Origin: Halocafeteria seosinensis
Taxonomy: Eukaryota
Reading direction: 5' to 3'
DNA: 64,000 bases
NCBI GenBank assembly: GCA_001687465.1
Contig: LVLI01000204.1
Span: 1 to 64,000, forward strand
The stretch's first letter is position 1. Every line of letters starts with the position of its first letter. The position numbers and the translations under genes are program-made. Below, one piece after another: positions 63,149 to 64,000 of the stretch. The notes beneath the pieces are model-generated. The model made no database searches, was not told the origin of the DNA, and was given only the letters and a program-made list of their open reading frames with translations.

Positions 63149-63503
63149 TCCATCTAACGCTAACTAGTCTTATAACACAAAATACCAACGCTGTCTATTC
63201 TTATTCACAGTAAATCAATCCCACTGTATGGATTAGTTCTTAGTTATGGAACCATCATCATTATGTTGGTGTGAAGTTGGTAGTACCACAGTGGTGTGCT
63301 ACCACTCCTCAAAACCGTCACGTATACCCAGGTGAGAACTCTATATCCATCGTTTACTGCAGATTTTTTTCCACCAGAGAAATGATCAAGCTTAGCACTG
63401 TTCAGTTCTGAGAGCTCAGACAAATGAAAATTCTATCTTGTGCGACATGGTGTTGAGGGAATTCAGTTTCCCAACTACACTTTGCTCTGTGCCCGATACA
63501 TCC

Positions 63504-64000
63504 TTAGGATCTCAGTGAAAACACAGCCAAACTGAGCAAGCAAGTGACAATGAGATAAATTGAGCTGATATGGGCTCGTGAGTTGGCGCTATTGCCTTCA
63601 CATTGGTCGAGCGTGCATTTGACATCATAGTGGCACCAATTCGTTGTCGTTTTCGGCATCACACTTATAGGACAGTCATTCTCTTTATAGCACTTTCCAT
63701 GGTCCAAGAAACACTGGATAGAGTTGATAAATAGAGATATTAAGTGTTCACGAACTACTCGCAGCTATTAGAGATTGCCTACTCTTACCTTGCAGACATC
63801 GTCATGGCTCGTGGCAACTTGGGCGATGCAGGATAGCAGTTCTCCCTTGCACGCGTCAATAACTGATGGAGAGCAGCCGTTGGGGAATAGCGTTTGCACC
63901 TCCGGCTCATCTGTTCCTTGGGGGACGAACTGAGGTCTATCGAATGCGTTTTCTTCTTCTTCTGGCAAGGAATCGACGGGGTTCAAGTAGACGCTGAACG
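63504..64000 (-). CDS. Partial small cysteine-rich protein with C-terminal hydrophobic (GPI-signal-like) tail; 5' end outside the window
   Basis: Two cysteine-rich ORF pieces separated by a GT..AG intron, ending IYLIVTCLLSLAVFSLRS. Confidence 0.55.

Noticed and set aside
1..64000. tRNA or rRNA genes
   Set aside because: I saw no convincing cloverleaf or rRNA signature by eye. A tRNAscan/Rfam run would be needed to exclude them.

Overview
Compact, gene-dense eukaryotic DNA with short (~60-75 nt) GT-AG introns. It is probably a stramenopile, inferred from a mastigoneme-type EGF protein and a 7TM-inositol phosphatase fusion. The window opens inside a Mutator (MULE) transposon whose palindromic terminal array abuts or overlaps the 3' end of a CHTOP-like gene. 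Housekeeping genes follow: ZNF207/BuGZ, SPT3, a membrane RING protein, UXT, a PPR protein, TOM7-like, eIF4G-like, a methionine-salvage fusion, HERC, a CAT amino acid transporter and NT5DC1-like. An accessory island at ~30.7-38.6 kb holds a foldback relic, hairpin-rich non-coding tracts, an intronless sulfotransferase-like gene, an inverted pseudogene copy of the neighbouring EGF gene, and a 1.9-kb TA-flanked pogo/DDE_1-type DNA transposon with a C-terminal chromodomain. The best leads are the chromodomain-bearing DNA transposon, the degenerate ARD-MtnB-MtnC triple fusion, and the 7TM-INPP4 fusion set head-to-head with a PDZ-PH-GRAM membrane protein. Also notable are a one-zinc RING and a host stop codon apparently supplied by the MULE terminus. 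All calls come from motif reading and manual splicing; no database searches were run, and exon boundaries are predictions.
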